Of a stretch of DNA of 64,000 bases, positions 9,675 through 19,353 are shown one piece after another (the first letter of the stretch is position 1; each line of letters begins with the position of its first letter). The stretch covers positions 1 to 64,000 of the forward strand of contig CAVSQW010000004.1 of NCBI GenBank assembly GCA_963730185.1, given 5' to 3'. The position numbers were made by a program, and so were the translations under genes. The notes beneath the pieces are model-generated. The model had not been told where the DNA came from, ran no database searches, and saw only the letters and a list, made by a program, of their open reading frames with translations. This DNA is from an uncultured Gemmatimonadales bacterium. Lineage in GTDB: Bacteria > Gemmatimonadota > Gemmatimonadetes > Gemmatimonadales > GWC2-71-9.

Positions 9675-9762
9675 TTTGAGTAGACACGCTGTCAAAGCGT
9701 TCTGCGACTCTACGACCGGCGGTCGCCATTGTCAAGTTCGGCGTACATGTTGTATACTCAAA
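9675..9762. promoter_or_regulatory. Inverted operator pair and sigma70-like promoter between DUF5602-like gene and tetR
   Basis: tttgagtagaca (9675-9686) and tgtatactcaaa (9751-9762) are inverted with 1 mismatch; TTGTCA (9729-9734)-N18-TATACT (9753-9758). Confidence 0.6.
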
Positions 9763-9765
9763 GGT

Positions 9766-10386
9766 ATGTCGCCCCGCTCTCGTCCCCGATCCTACCAGAA
9801 GCGCGAACGTGCCCGGCAGGAGGAAGCCACCCGGCGGCGGATCACCGAGGCTGCCGTCGAGCTCCACGGCACCATCGGTCCGGCCCGGACGACCGTGACC
9901 GACCTCGCCCGGCTCGCCGGGGTGAGCCGGATGACGGTGTACAACCACTTTCCGACCGAGCAGGACATCTTCGTGGCCTGCTCCAGCCATTGGGCCACGG
10001 CGCATCCGTTTCCGGACCCGGGCGGTTGGGTGTCGGTCGATGACCCGGCGGACCGGCTGAGCCGGGCGCTCGGGGAGCTCTATCGCTGGTACGAGGACAA
10101 CCAGGGGATGCTCGCCAACGTGTTGCGCGACGCCCCGATCGTCCCCGCGATCCAGCCGGTGATGGAGGCAATCTGGTCGTCCTACCTGAACCGGGTCGTG
10201 AAGGCCTTGGTGCGGGGCTGGTCGACGGAGCGGGGCGAGCGGACGGCGCTCCGGGCCATCCTCCGACTGGCCGTGGAGTTCTCGACCTGGCAGGTCTTGA
10301 CTGCCGCCGGCCTGAGCTCGGCCCGGGCGGCGGAACGGGCGGGCCGGATGGTGCTGGGGGCGACCGACGCCCGACCCGCGGGCTGA
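9766..10386 (+). CDS. TetR/AcrR family transcriptional regulator
   Basis: TRRRITEAAVELH..TTVTDLARLAGVSRMTVYNHFP HTH. Confidence 0.92.
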   Translation: MSPRSRPRSYQKRERARQEEATRRRITEAAVELHGTIGPARTTVTDLARLAGVSRMTVYNHFPTEQDIFVACSSHWATAHPFPDPGGWVSVDDPADRLSRALGELYRWYEDNQGMLANVLRDAPIVPAIQPVMEAIWSSYLNRVVKALVRGWSTERGERTALRAILRLAVEFSTWQVLTAAGLSSARAAERAGRMVLGATDARPAG

Positions 10387-10422
10387 TCGAGCGGCGGACC
10401 TCCGCGCCTCAGCCAGCGGCGG

Positions 10423-10635
10423 TCACTTCGACTTGCCGCCGGAGAGGAGCTTGTACCCCAGATACACCACCGCGGCACCCACCAGGATCACGGGGATCCA
10501 ACCCAGGAACTTGATCGCGATCCCGAGGGCCAGTACCGCGCCGGCGCCTTGGATCCAACCGATCACCTGGCCCTTGGTGCGGGCGGTCTCGATCTCCTGC
10601 TTGGTCGGGGTGGTCAGCGCGTGGCGGTCGGACAT
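10423..10635 (-). CDS. Small membrane protein (2 TM)
   Basis: 70 aa, two hydrophobic helices, typical high-GC codon use. Confidence 0.7.
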   Translation of the reverse strand: MSDRHALTTPTKQEIETARTKGQVIGWIQGAGAVLALGIAIKFLGWIPVILVGAAVVYLGYKLLSGGKSK

Positions 10636-10774
10636 CGTCCCCGTCCCGAGTGTGAGGAGAGTGAACCGGTTCGTCTCAAGATGCGACGCCGTCGCGGGCT
10701 TGGGAAGGCGCCTCGCCGGCGCGCCGCCCGCGCCGGGGGACTCTGATCGGGGAGGGGCCGAAGGGCCGAGGCCG

Positions 10775-11080
10775 TCAGCCGTTCGGACGCAAGAACGCCA
10801 CCAGCGCCGCGGCGCCGATCGCCAAGATCAGGAGCACCAGGGCCAAGCGCCGTCGGAGCGACCGGAGGGCTCCCCAGGTCGGCAGGTCGAGATAGAGGCC
10901 GCCGTCTTCTCCCGGTCGGAGTACGGCTCGGCGGCGAAGCTTCTCGAGCGCCAGCCCTTCATGGATGCCGAGACCCCTGTCCGGGCGGGCTTTGTCCCGG
11001 GTCGTCGCGCCGGCTTCGAGGTAGGCGTCTACGATCTGGCGGTCCTTCCGGAGCAGTGCGGCCGCGGCAACGGCACCCAT
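10775..11080 (-). CDS. Hypothetical protein with C-terminal TM
   Basis: 101-aa ORF with SD-like gagg and hydrophobic C-terminus. Confidence 0.65.
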   Translation of the reverse strand: MGAVAAAALLRKDRQIVDAYLEAGATTRDKARPDRGLGIHEGLALEKLRRRAVLRPGEDGGLYLDLPTWGALRSLRRRLALVLLILAIGAAALVAFLRPNG

Positions 11081-11100
11081 GGAACGGCCTCGCTGGTGGA

Positions 11101-11388
11101 CTATGGCCTGGTGAGGATCGCGAGCAGGCCCCGAGTCACCCGTCCGCCGGACATGAGGAAGGCCGGCCGCCCGTCGAGGATCTCCAGTCGGTCGATCCGG
11201 TCTCTCGGGATGAGGAGCGCGTCGTCGCAGCGCGTCTCTTCGCCGTTCACGTAGCAGACGCTCGCCTGGCCCGACGAGATCGCGTTCCGCAGCAGCTGGA
11301 CGGGGAGTGGGACTGCGATGCGGAACGACTGAGGCCCGGCGCAGCCGGCCAGACCGAGGATCGCGAGGAGGGCGAGGGAGCGCGACAT
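11101..11388 (-). CDS. Small hypothetical lipoprotein
   Basis: MSRSLALLAILGLAGC lipobox; IDRLEIL..GLLAILT resembles a TonB-plug-like C-terminal motif. Confidence 0.6.
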   Translation of the reverse strand: MSRSLALLAILGLAGCAGPQSFRIAVPLPVQLLRNAISSGQASVCYVNGEETRCDDALLIPRDRIDRLEILDGRPAFLMSGGRVTRGLLAILTRP

Positions 11389-11588
11389 GGAGCCTCTCGG
11401 CAGGGGGAGCCTACCTCTCCAATCTGGGGCCGCCGGGTCACGCGGACAAGATGCTCGCGGGAAGGGCGGGACGCTGGGGCGCCCGGCCGGTGACGGCGGG
11501 TGGCCGGGCACTGCGCCGGTCGCGTCGCCCTTGGCGTATCTTGGGTTCGGTCGGTGCGTATCCGTCTCCTCTCCCCAAGGCGCCTCTC

Positions 11589-12560
11589 ATGCTCCGTCGT
11601 GCGGTTCGCTACCTCCTCGTGTCGCTGGTCGTGTCGTCCGGCATCCTGGCCCGGCCCGCCGGAGCCCAGGCCGATCCGCCTCAACGTGCCGTCCTGGTGA
11701 CCGGCGCCAGCAGCGGCATCGGACGGAAGATCACCGAGCGTCTCGCGTCCAGCGGCTTCTTCGTCTACGCCGGGGCCCGGAAGGCGAGCGATCTCGCGGA
11801 GCTCGACGCGATCCCCAACGTGCAGTCGGTGCGACTCGACGTGACCATCCCGTCCGAGATCGCCGCGGCGGTCGAGACGGTTCGGAAGGGCGGTCGGGGA
11901 CTCTACGGGCTGGTCAACAACGCGGGGGTGGCGGTGATCGAGCCCTTGATCGAGACCGACGAGGAGGACCTCCGCTTCCAGCTCGACGTGAACGTGATGG
12001 GGCCCTACCGGGTGACCAAGGCCTTCAGTCCGCTGCTGATCGCTGCCAAGGGCCGGATCGTGACGACCGGCTCGCTCTCGGGTTTCCTGGCCGGCAGCCT
12101 CTCGGGCCCGTACAGCATGAGCAAACACGCCGTCGAGGCGTTCACCGACGCGCTCGCCGCCGAGATGGCGCGGTTCGACGTCAAGGTGAGCGTGCTCGAG
12201 CCCGGCAACTACCAGTCGGACATCGGGCAGTCACTCCTGGCGCGGATGAAAGCGCGCGGCAAGTCGTTCGCGGGCTCGCCCTACGAGGAGGACATGAAAC
12301 GGATCGAGGCCTTTGCCAACGGGATTTCGACCGATCCTGAGCCGGACGACGTGGCGGCGGCCGCCTACGCCGCCCTGACCGACCCGAATCCAAAGCTCCG
12401 CTATCTGGTGGTGCCGAATCAGGGCCAGGCCCGGCTCACGATCGCGAGCCTCTTCCGCCGCGCGGCCCAGCTCAACCAGGGGCAGAAGTACACCTTCAGC
12501 CGCGACTCGCTGGCGGCGATGCTCGACCAGGCCCTCGCCGCGGCCGGTCGGAGCCGTTAG
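11589..12560 (+). CDS. SDR family oxidoreductase with N-terminal signal peptide
   Basis: TGASSGIG, NNAG, YSMSK (YxxxK), EPG motifs; signal-like N-terminus. Confidence 0.92.
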   Translation: MLRRAVRYLLVSLVVSSGILARPAGAQADPPQRAVLVTGASSGIGRKITERLASSGFFVYAGARKASDLAELDAIPNVQSVRLDVTIPSEIAAAVETVRKGGRGLYGLVNNAGVAVIEPLIETDEEDLRFQLDVNVMGPYRVTKAFSPLLIAAKGRIVTTGSLSGFLAGSLSGPYSMSKHAVEAFTDALAAEMARFDVKVSVLEPGNYQSDIGQSLLARMKARGKSFAGSPYEEDMKRIEAFANGISTDPEPDDVAAAAYAALTDPNPKLRYLVVPNQGQARLTIASLFRRAAQLNQGQKYTFSRDSLAAMLDQALAAAGRSR

Positions 12561-12624
12561 CGCTCGCCCATCCGCCGGTGCGGTCGGGGTCGAGGCGGCC
12601 CGCCGGCGGCGGGCCCCGGCTTGG

Positions 12625-13776
12625 TCAGGGGCCGATCGGCGGTGCCAGGGGCCGGACGTCTTCCACCAGGTGGAGGAACAGCTTCCCCGGCTCTTCGAAT
12701 GGCAGCATGTGGGCCGAGTGCTCGAAGAACACGAACTCCTTCTTGGGCGCGGTCAGCTTGTCGAGCCACGCCTTGGCGACCGAGGTCACGGTCTCGTAGT
12801 CGTACTTCCCGCCGAACACAAAGACCGGGCACTCGAATCGGAGGGCCGTCTGGTCGTAGTGGAGGTCACTCATGGCCCCGATCAGCTGGGTGAGCGAGCC
12901 GAGGTCCTGCTGCTCGAGGGCCATAAGGTCCTGGCTGGTGTAGTCGGGCGAGAGCTTGGCGGCGTTGCCCTCGTACCGGAAGTCGCTCCGGTGCCAGGTC
13001 AGGCCCCCGTACGCGATCACCCACTTCCGCTGGGTGAGGATCTTCTGCACCCCGACCGTGCCATCCGGCGCGGGGTATGGCTCCAGCGCCTCCAGCTCCG
13101 AGATGGCCGTCCGGTCGTGGCGACGCCTGGCCTCGGCCAACGCCCACTCGAAGCCGGCCCGCTCGTTGTCGTGGCTGTTCACCGCCTGGCCCATCCCGAT
13201 GTAGGCGTAGAGCCAGTCGGGGTGGCGCTGGGCCAGGTTCACCCCGATGATCGTGCCCCACGAGTGGCCCATCAGGAAGATCTTGGGTTGATCGAACGTC
13301 CGGCGGAGGTAGGCGATCAGCTCCTCGCCGTCCGCCACCATCCGGTCCAGGCTGATGGTGGGTGTGACCGTCGCGGGATCGTTCGCCGCGGCGGTCTTGC
13401 CGGCCCCGCGCTGGTCCCACTGCACCACGGTGAAGTACTCCTCCCACGGAGTCTGGAAGAACCAGCTGGCCGGCATCATCGGCGAGCCGGGGCCGCCATG
13501 GACGAAGAGGAGGATCGGGTTGCTCCGGTGGCGGCCTCGAATCGAGATCCACTGGGTGATTCCGCCGAGCGTGACCGGGCGGAGGGACTCGATGCCCTCG
13601 GTGGTATCGATCTTCCCCAGATCCGCGACGATCGCGGTCGCCTCCGCCCGGGTCAGGGTCCCTTCGCCGGCTGGACGGCCCTCGGTCGTCGGGGGCATGG
13701 GGCGGCTCTGGACGGTGCACCCGGCGAGCAGGGCGACGAGGACGGCCGGCCCGAGCCGGCGGTTGGTGGTCGGCAT
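12625..13776 (-). CDS. Alpha/beta hydrolase lipoprotein (proline iminopeptidase-like)
   Basis: LLAGC lipobox; HGGPG, WDQRGAGK, GHSWG, SAH. Confidence 0.9.
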   Translation of the reverse strand: MPTTNRRLGPAVLVALLAGCTVQSRPMPPTTEGRPAGEGTLTRAEATAIVADLGKIDTTEGIESLRPVTLGGITQWISIRGRHRSNPILLFVHGGPGSPMMPASWFFQTPWEEYFTVVQWDQRGAGKTAAANDPATVTPTISLDRMVADGEELIAYLRRTFDQPKIFLMGHSWGTIIGVNLAQRHPDWLYAYIGMGQAVNSHDNERAGFEWALAEARRRHDRTAISELEALEPYPAPDGTVGVQKILTQRKWVIAYGGLTWHRSDFRYEGNAAKLSPDYTSQDLMALEQQDLGSLTQLIGAMSDLHYDQTALRFECPVFVFGGKYDYETVTSVAKAWLDKLTAPKKEFVFFEHSAHMLPFEEPGKLFLHLVEDVRPLAPPIGP

Positions 13777-13828
13777 GGCAGTATCCCGATGGTGGAGTCC
13801 GGGGAGGAATCTATGGGTGGCGGGCCGG

Positions 13829-14350
13829 TCACCGATCCACGATCGGCAGGTAGGCCCGCCAGGGGCCGATCGCGTCCCGATACTGCTTGGCCATCACCCG
13901 CGCCGTTTGCGCCAGGTGTCCGAGATCGTGGGTGACCCAGGTGGCCAGCAGCTGCGAGAGTGTGACCGGGCCGAAGGCGGGATGCACGCCGCCGAGCCCG
14001 AGCTGGGCCGGCGTGAGGCGCCAGCCCCGCACCGTCGCCACGTTCCGGGCCCGCAGCGTGGCGAGCTCCTCGAGCAGGTCGCCCAGCGATTTGCCCTCGC
14101 TCTCCCGAAACTGGGCCCAGCGATCGTAGGGCGCGAACGGCGCCCCGCGCTGGGCCAGGATCTGCTCGGCCCGGGGGATCCAATCGGTGCGCTCGCCGTG
14201 GATCAGGTGGCCCACGATCACGTGGGGGCTCCAGGTGTCGGGCCCCTCGGTGGCGTCGGTCCAAGCGCTCGGCAGGCCGGCGAGCAGGGTTCGGAGTGTG
14301 GCCGGGGTGCGCTCGAGCACCGCCAGACCGGCGGCGAGATCGAACTCCAT
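13829..14350 (-). CDS. DinB family protein
   Basis: LERTP, WSPHVIVGHLIHGE, WVTHDLGHLAQ metal-binding His triad. Confidence 0.9.
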   Translation of the reverse strand: MEFDLAAGLAVLERTPATLRTLLAGLPSAWTDATEGPDTWSPHVIVGHLIHGERTDWIPRAEQILAQRGAPFAPYDRWAQFRESEGKSLGDLLEELATLRARNVATVRGWRLTPAQLGLGGVHPAFGPVTLSQLLATWVTHDLGHLAQTARVMAKQYRDAIGPWRAYLPIVDR

Positions 14351-15477
14351 CAGCGCTCCTCCGCCGAGGTGGGGCGACCGGGGTCGCGGGCGGCGTGGAG
14401 GAACCGGGCGTAGCCGATCTCCGCCGCGTTCTTGGTGAGCTCGACGTTGGCCCAGGCGACCACGTCGCCGAACGGGCGGTCGCGGAAGGGCCAGCGGGTG
14501 AGCCGGGGCAACCGCAGCTCGCCGGCAGGCAGCTGGTCCAGGCGTTGGCGCCAGTCGGCGTGGAGCGCCTTGATCCAGCTCCGGACCCCATCGGCCGTGC
14601 CGGGCCAGGGCACCGCCTCACGGGCCAGCGTCGCCGCGCCGAAGGAATGGTCGAGCACCATCGACCACCAGAACCCCAGGTGCCAGGTGGTCCACGCGAT
14701 GCTCGGCGGGCCGAGGTGGTATCCCTCGTGCTCGGGCCAGTCGGCCACCCAGCCGCCGTCGGGGCCCGGGCGCACGTGCAGGCCGCGCGCCGCGGGGCGC
14801 CAGAGGCATTCCTCGGTGGTGAGCCCATCGAGGTGGAAGCTGGTGAGCTGCCAGGCGGTTTCCAGCTGGCGGCTCAGGTACTGTCGGGCCTCGTCGGCCA
14901 TGATCTGTTGCGCCGGCCTGCCGGCCCGATCGCTCCGGAGGATGGCATAGCTCTCCAGATCCTGGAAACGACCGTCCTTGCGAAGGTACTGGCGCAGGGT
15001 CGCCTCCCAGATCATCCCGGCCTTCTGCATCACCCGTCCCGACGCGGGGTTTCGGGGCAGGTGCTTGGCCTGGATCCGGTTGAGCCCGACCGGCCCGAAC
15101 CCGTAGTCGAGCACCGCGCGGAGGGCCTCGGTGGCGTAGCCCCGGCCCCAATACGCCTCGCCGATCCAATATCCGACTTCGCCCCGGAGGTGCCGAGGCT
15201 CGAGGCGCAGGTTGATCGCGCCGACCAGTCCGTTGCCGTCGGTCACGATCGCGAACACGACGTTCTCGCCTCGGTCGAACGCCGGACGGTGGCCGGCGAT
15301 CCAGGCCTCGGCCGCGCCATCGGGGTAGGGATGGGGAATGTTGAGCGTCGTCTCGGCGACGCGGGCGTTCCCCGCCAGCTCTTGGATCCGTGCCGCGTCG
15401 GCCGGGACGAACGGCCGGAGGACCAGGCGCTCGGTTCGGAGGGTAGGCTGGGGCGTGCGGTCGTCGTCAGGCGGCAT
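14350..15477 (-). CDS. RimJ/RimL GNAT acetyltransferase fused to a DinB-like domain
   Basis: N-term TERLVLRPF, GYWIG..YWGRGYATEA, NPASGRVMQKAG; C-term WRPAARGLHV, SIAWTTWHLGFWW, NVELTKNAAEIG. Confidence 0.85.
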   Translation of the reverse strand: MPPDDDRTPQPTLRTERLVLRPFVPADAARIQELAGNARVAETTLNIPHPYPDGAAEAWIAGHRPAFDRGENVVFAIVTDGNGLVGAINLRLEPRHLRGEVGYWIGEAYWGRGYATEALRAVLDYGFGPVGLNRIQAKHLPRNPASGRVMQKAGMIWEATLRQYLRKDGRFQDLESYAILRSDRAGRPAQQIMADEARQYLSRQLETAWQLTSFHLDGLTTEECLWRPAARGLHVRPGPDGGWVADWPEHEGYHLGPPSIAWTTWHLGFWWSMVLDHSFGAATLAREAVPWPGTADGVRSWIKALHADWRQRLDQLPAGELRLPRLTRWPFRDRPFGDVVAWANVELTKNAAEIGYARFLHAARDPGRPTSAEER

Positions 15478-15609
15478 GAGGTCTCCTCCAGCAGGGTATC
15501 AGCGGACCGCCGTTCGAGCCAGTCTCTTCCGCCGTCGTCGCTCAGCCGCTACGTTCGCTCCGTTCTTCGCTCCACCCGCCTCGCCTGATATCCTCCGGAG
15601 ACCATTCCC

Positions 15610-16450
15610 ATGAAATCGCCACCCATCAGCCGGGCCGCGCTGACGACGTTCCTGGTCCTGACCTTTGCTTCGAGCGCGGTGATGTGGTGGCTGATCATCC
15701 GCGGCGGCGGACTGGGTCAGTCGGGCGGCATCTACGTGTTTTACCTGATGTGGTGTCCGGGGACGAGCGCCTTGGTCACCCGGCTGATCTTCCAGCGGAA
15801 CCTCCGTGGGCAAGGATGGGCTCCCGGGGCGCCGCGGTGGCTTGCCCTCGGCTACTTGCTGCCGCTGGGGTACGCGGGCTTGGCCTATGGGCTGGTTTGG
15901 GTGACCGGACTCGGCGGGTTGGATCTCAGCCGCTTCCAGGGGTCGGTGGTGACCTTCGTGCTCGCTGGGCTCGTTCCAGGGTCTGCTCTCCGCCACGGGC
16001 GAGGAGCTCGGGTGGCGGGGCTTCCTGGTGCCGGCCCTGGCCCAGCGGATGTCGTTGACCGGCACCGCGCTGGTGAGCGGATCGATCTGGGCCCTCTGGC
16101 ACTTCCCGCTCATCATCTTCGCCGACTACAACGCCGGCACCTCCACCGGCTACGCTCTGCTGTGCTTTGCGGTCATGGTCGTCTCGATGTCCTTCCCCAT
16201 GGCTTGGCTCCGGCTCCGCTCCGGCAGCGTCTGGCCGGCGGCGCTGCTGCACGCCTCGCACAACCTCTACATCCAGGCCTTCCTCGACCGGGTTACGGTC
16301 GACACCGGGTCGACCCGGTGGTTCACCACCGAGTTCGGGGCCGGCCTGGCGATTACCGTCGCCCTCACGGCGTGGCTCTTCTGGCGGCGGCGGGCTGACG
16401 TCGCGACCGGTCCTCGGCCGGCGGCCGCGCCGTCCCCGTCAATGGCCTGA
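15610..16450 (+). CDS. CPBP/Abi (CAAX) intramembrane glutamic endopeptidase, frameshifted near 15976
   Basis: After the frame change: GEELGWRG, WALWHFP, ALLHASHN; multiple TM helices. Confidence 0.88.
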
Positions 16451-16595
16451 CCGGGGCGGCGACCCGCACGGCGGTGGCCGGTTCCGAGGAGTCGGCCCCA
16501 ACGATGTCGGTGGTGTGGTGCCACCCTCCAGTAGCTCCGGTCGAGCCAGTCTGCCCGGGTGGCCGAATCGGCGACGAACGGGATCTGTCGCGCCA

Positions 16596-17708
16596 TTACC
16601 GAGCGGAGCCCGTGGCCCCCTCCGTCAGCAGGTACACCGCGAACGACGCGAGCCAGTGCTCGCCGAGGTAGTCCCCGCTCGCGATGTGGGGTAGCGTGGC
16701 CTCCGCGTGCCGGGCCGCGGCGGCCAGCAGCACCGGCCGATCGGCGTCGGCGGCCGGGAGCGCCGCGGCGACGGCCCGGAGACACCAGGCCCGGCTCAGG
16801 TTGAGCCCGTCCAGGTGGACCAGGCCCGGGTCGCGCCGGTCGGTCACCCGGGCCGGGTTCAGGAGGTTGGCCGGTTCACCGTGGGCCACGTCCGGCAGGA
16901 AGGCGTGGAACCAGCCGGCGAACTCGGCCGGCGGGAGCACCCGGCGCATCAGGTCCGCCTCCTCCAGCGATCGCGACAGGAAGTCGTCGCCGTCGGGCTC
17001 CCAGGCGGCGGGCACGTTGCGGTCGCCGCCGTAGTAGGTCCGGCTCCGCTCCACCACCAGCGAGTCGAGGTCGGCCCGGCCGAAGGCGCGGGCGTAGTCG
17101 AGCGCGAAGGAAAGGCCGAACGCCGTGTTGGGGTGCACGCCCCGGCGAATGGGATAGACCTGCTTGGGCAGAAACGCCAGATACCGGGCCACGATCTTGT
17201 CGGCCAGGGGCTGGAGGTCGGCGGCCCAGCGTCGGCCGTCCGGGTCGTCCCAGTGGTGCAGCTCGGTCGCCAGCTCCAGCAGCCAGGCCCAGCCATACAT
17301 CCGCTCGAACGCGGCCGCTCCGGGCCGGTCGAGGTACCGGGCCTCGGCGGCGAGGTTCGAGGCCGAGAGGTTGCCGTCGAGCGTCCGCCGGATTTCGGCC
17401 GCCTCCGGGAGGTCGGGAAACACCCGAAGCAGCCGGACCAGCATCCAGTGGCCATGCACCGACGAGTGCCAGTCGTAGCTTCCGTAGAACGCCGGGTGCA
17501 GGCTTCGGGGGCCTCGGGCGTCGGCCGGGGTATTCAGGACGTGATCGAGCTTGTTGGGATATTCGCGGGTGATGGCCGCGAGGGCGAGCCGGGCGAAGCC
17601 GGACGCCGTGGTCCGGTCGAGGGTCGGCAGGGCGGGGGCGTCGGCCGGCGGCGGCGCCGGGGGTTGAGCGCACCCGGCGAGGGCGAGGAGCAGGAGGAAG
17701 GGTCGCAT
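16596..17708 (-). CDS. DUF2891 family lipoprotein
   Basis: LAGC lipobox; REYPNK, HPAFYGSYDWHSSVHGHW, FERMYGWAW, HLDGLNLSRAW, GEHWLASFA. Confidence 0.88.
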   Translation of the reverse strand: MRPFLLLLALAGCAQPPAPPPADAPALPTLDRTTASGFARLALAAITREYPNKLDHVLNTPADARGPRSLHPAFYGSYDWHSSVHGHWMLVRLLRVFPDLPEAAEIRRTLDGNLSASNLAAEARYLDRPGAAAFERMYGWAWLLELATELHHWDDPDGRRWAADLQPLADKIVARYLAFLPKQVYPIRRGVHPNTAFGLSFALDYARAFGRADLDSLVVERSRTYYGGDRNVPAAWEPDGDDFLSRSLEEADLMRRVLPPAEFAGWFHAFLPDVAHGEPANLLNPARVTDRRDPGLVHLDGLNLSRAWCLRAVAAALPAADADRPVLLAAAARHAEATLPHIASGDYLGEHWLASFAVYLLTEGATGSAR

Positions 17709-17835
17709 CGGGCGAAGCTATCCGGGCGGGGCGGGGAACGCGAGTCGTCGACCGCCTTCCCTCCACGCGCTCACCGATGCACTTTCTCGGATGGCCCCGG
17801 CGCCGCCGCCATCGCATTCTCGGAGGAACGTCCCA

Positions 17836-18729
17836 ATGACCCGGAAGACCGCTCACGACTTCGACCAGGAGCTCCTGACGCTGTTCGACGCCTACGTCCA
17901 CGGCGGGATCGATCGCCGGACCTTTCTCGACCGGGCGGCCAAGTTCGCGGTGGGCGGGGTCACGGCGGCGATGCTGCTCGAGCAGCTGAGCCCGAAGTTC
18001 GCCGAGGCACAGGTGATCAAGCCGGCGGACGCGCGGATCACGCAGGAGTACCTCGAGTTCGACTCACCCAACGGCTACGGGAAGGCGCGAGGGTATTTCG
18101 TCACCCCCAAGGGCGCGACGGGCAAGCTTCCCGGCATCCTGGTGTGTCACGAGAATCGAGGGCTCAACCCGCACATCGAGGACATCGCTCGGCGGCTGGC
18201 ACTGGACAACTTCGTGGCGTTCGCACCCGACGCCCTCTTTCCTCTGGGCGGCTATCCGGGCGACGAGGACAAGGCGCGGCAGCTCTTCCCGCAACTCGAC
18301 CAGGCGAAGACCCGTGAGGACTTCGTGGCGGCGGCCGCCTTGCTGAAGGCGCGGCCCGAGTGCACCGGCACGATCGGGACCGTGGGGTTCTGCTGGGGCG
18401 GTGGCATGGTGAATTATCTCGCCACCCGGCTCGGCGCCGACCTCGCGGCCGGCGTCCCGTTCTACGGCTCGGCGCCCAACCTCGACGACGTGCCGAAGAT
18501 CCGCTGCCCGCTGCTGATCCAGTCGGCCGAGACCGACCCCCGGATCAACGCCAGCTGGCCGGGGTACGAAGAGGCCCTCAAGGCCGCCAAGGTGAGCTAT
18601 CAGCGGTATCTCTACCCCGGAACCCAACACGGGTTCAACAACGATACCACCCCGCGGTACGACGCGACGGCGGCCAAGCTGGCGTGGGAGCGGACCATAA
18701 CCTTCTTCAACCAGCACCTACGTTCGTGA
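17836..18729 (+). CDS. Dienelactone hydrolase family (YghX-like)
   Basis: HENRGLNPHIED, GFCWGG nucleophile, HGFNNDTTPRYD; DRRTFL N-terminal motif. Confidence 0.93.
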   Translation: MTRKTAHDFDQELLTLFDAYVHGGIDRRTFLDRAAKFAVGGVTAAMLLEQLSPKFAEAQVIKPADARITQEYLEFDSPNGYGKARGYFVTPKGATGKLPGILVCHENRGLNPHIEDIARRLALDNFVAFAPDALFPLGGYPGDEDKARQLFPQLDQAKTREDFVAAAALLKARPECTGTIGTVGFCWGGGMVNYLATRLGADLAAGVPFYGSAPNLDDVPKIRCPLLIQSAETDPRINASWPGYEEALKAAKVSYQRYLYPGTQHGFNNDTTPRYDATAAKLAWERTITFFNQHLRS

Positions 18730-18763
18730 CGAGGCGGCCGGCGCCGCCGGTTGCTTCCCCCGA

Positions 18764-19225
18764 TCAGGGCAAGGACGCGAGCTGGTAGAAGACGTCCGTC
18801 CGGATCTGGGAGGGGTCGCCGTTCCAGGCGGGCTGCCAGTGGCCGTACACCTCCCACCGCGGACCGGCGAGTCGGTGCCCGTGGCTCGCGGACCAGTGAT
18901 GGATCGCCTCGTGCGCCAGGCCGAGTCCCTGATACGGGCCGAGGTGGGTGACGGTGGCGGCCGTCCCCGCGGGCGTGGCGGTGAGCCGCACCTCACCCTC
19001 GGGGGAGAAGGGGCCCGTCAGTTCGACCCCCACGTCGAGATCGATCGCGTCGTTCCAGTACACGGCTGCGTTGCGGCCGCCCTGGAGACCACGGGTGCGG
19101 AGGACATCCCAGACCATGCCGCAGGCCTCCGGCACTACCGTCGCGAGCCGACCCCGGCTCGCCCGGCGTCGCACCGTGGCGAGGGGGGTGGCGTCGACCC
19201 GGACGAGTCTCACGTCGTAGGTCAT
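18764..19225 (-). CDS. GyrI-like small-molecule-binding protein
   Basis: TPAGTAATVTHLGPY..L..AH, GPRWEVYG, RTDVFY. Confidence 0.85.
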   Translation of the reverse strand: MTYDVRLVRVDATPLATVRRRASRGRLATVVPEACGMVWDVLRTRGLQGGRNAAVYWNDAIDLDVGVELTGPFSPEGEVRLTATPAGTAATVTHLGPYQGLGLAHEAIHHWSASHGHRLAGPRWEVYGHWQPAWNGDPSQIRTDVFYQLASLP

Positions 19226-19353
19226 TGGTAGCCTGTCGTCGAGGTGCCCCTTCTCAACCGATCGAAGCGGCGATCGCCCGGCTCGGGTCGCGCTCTCCGC
19301 GTCGGTGTACCGAGAGAATGTACCGGGCTCCGGCGTGGTCGGCGATGCCGCGG

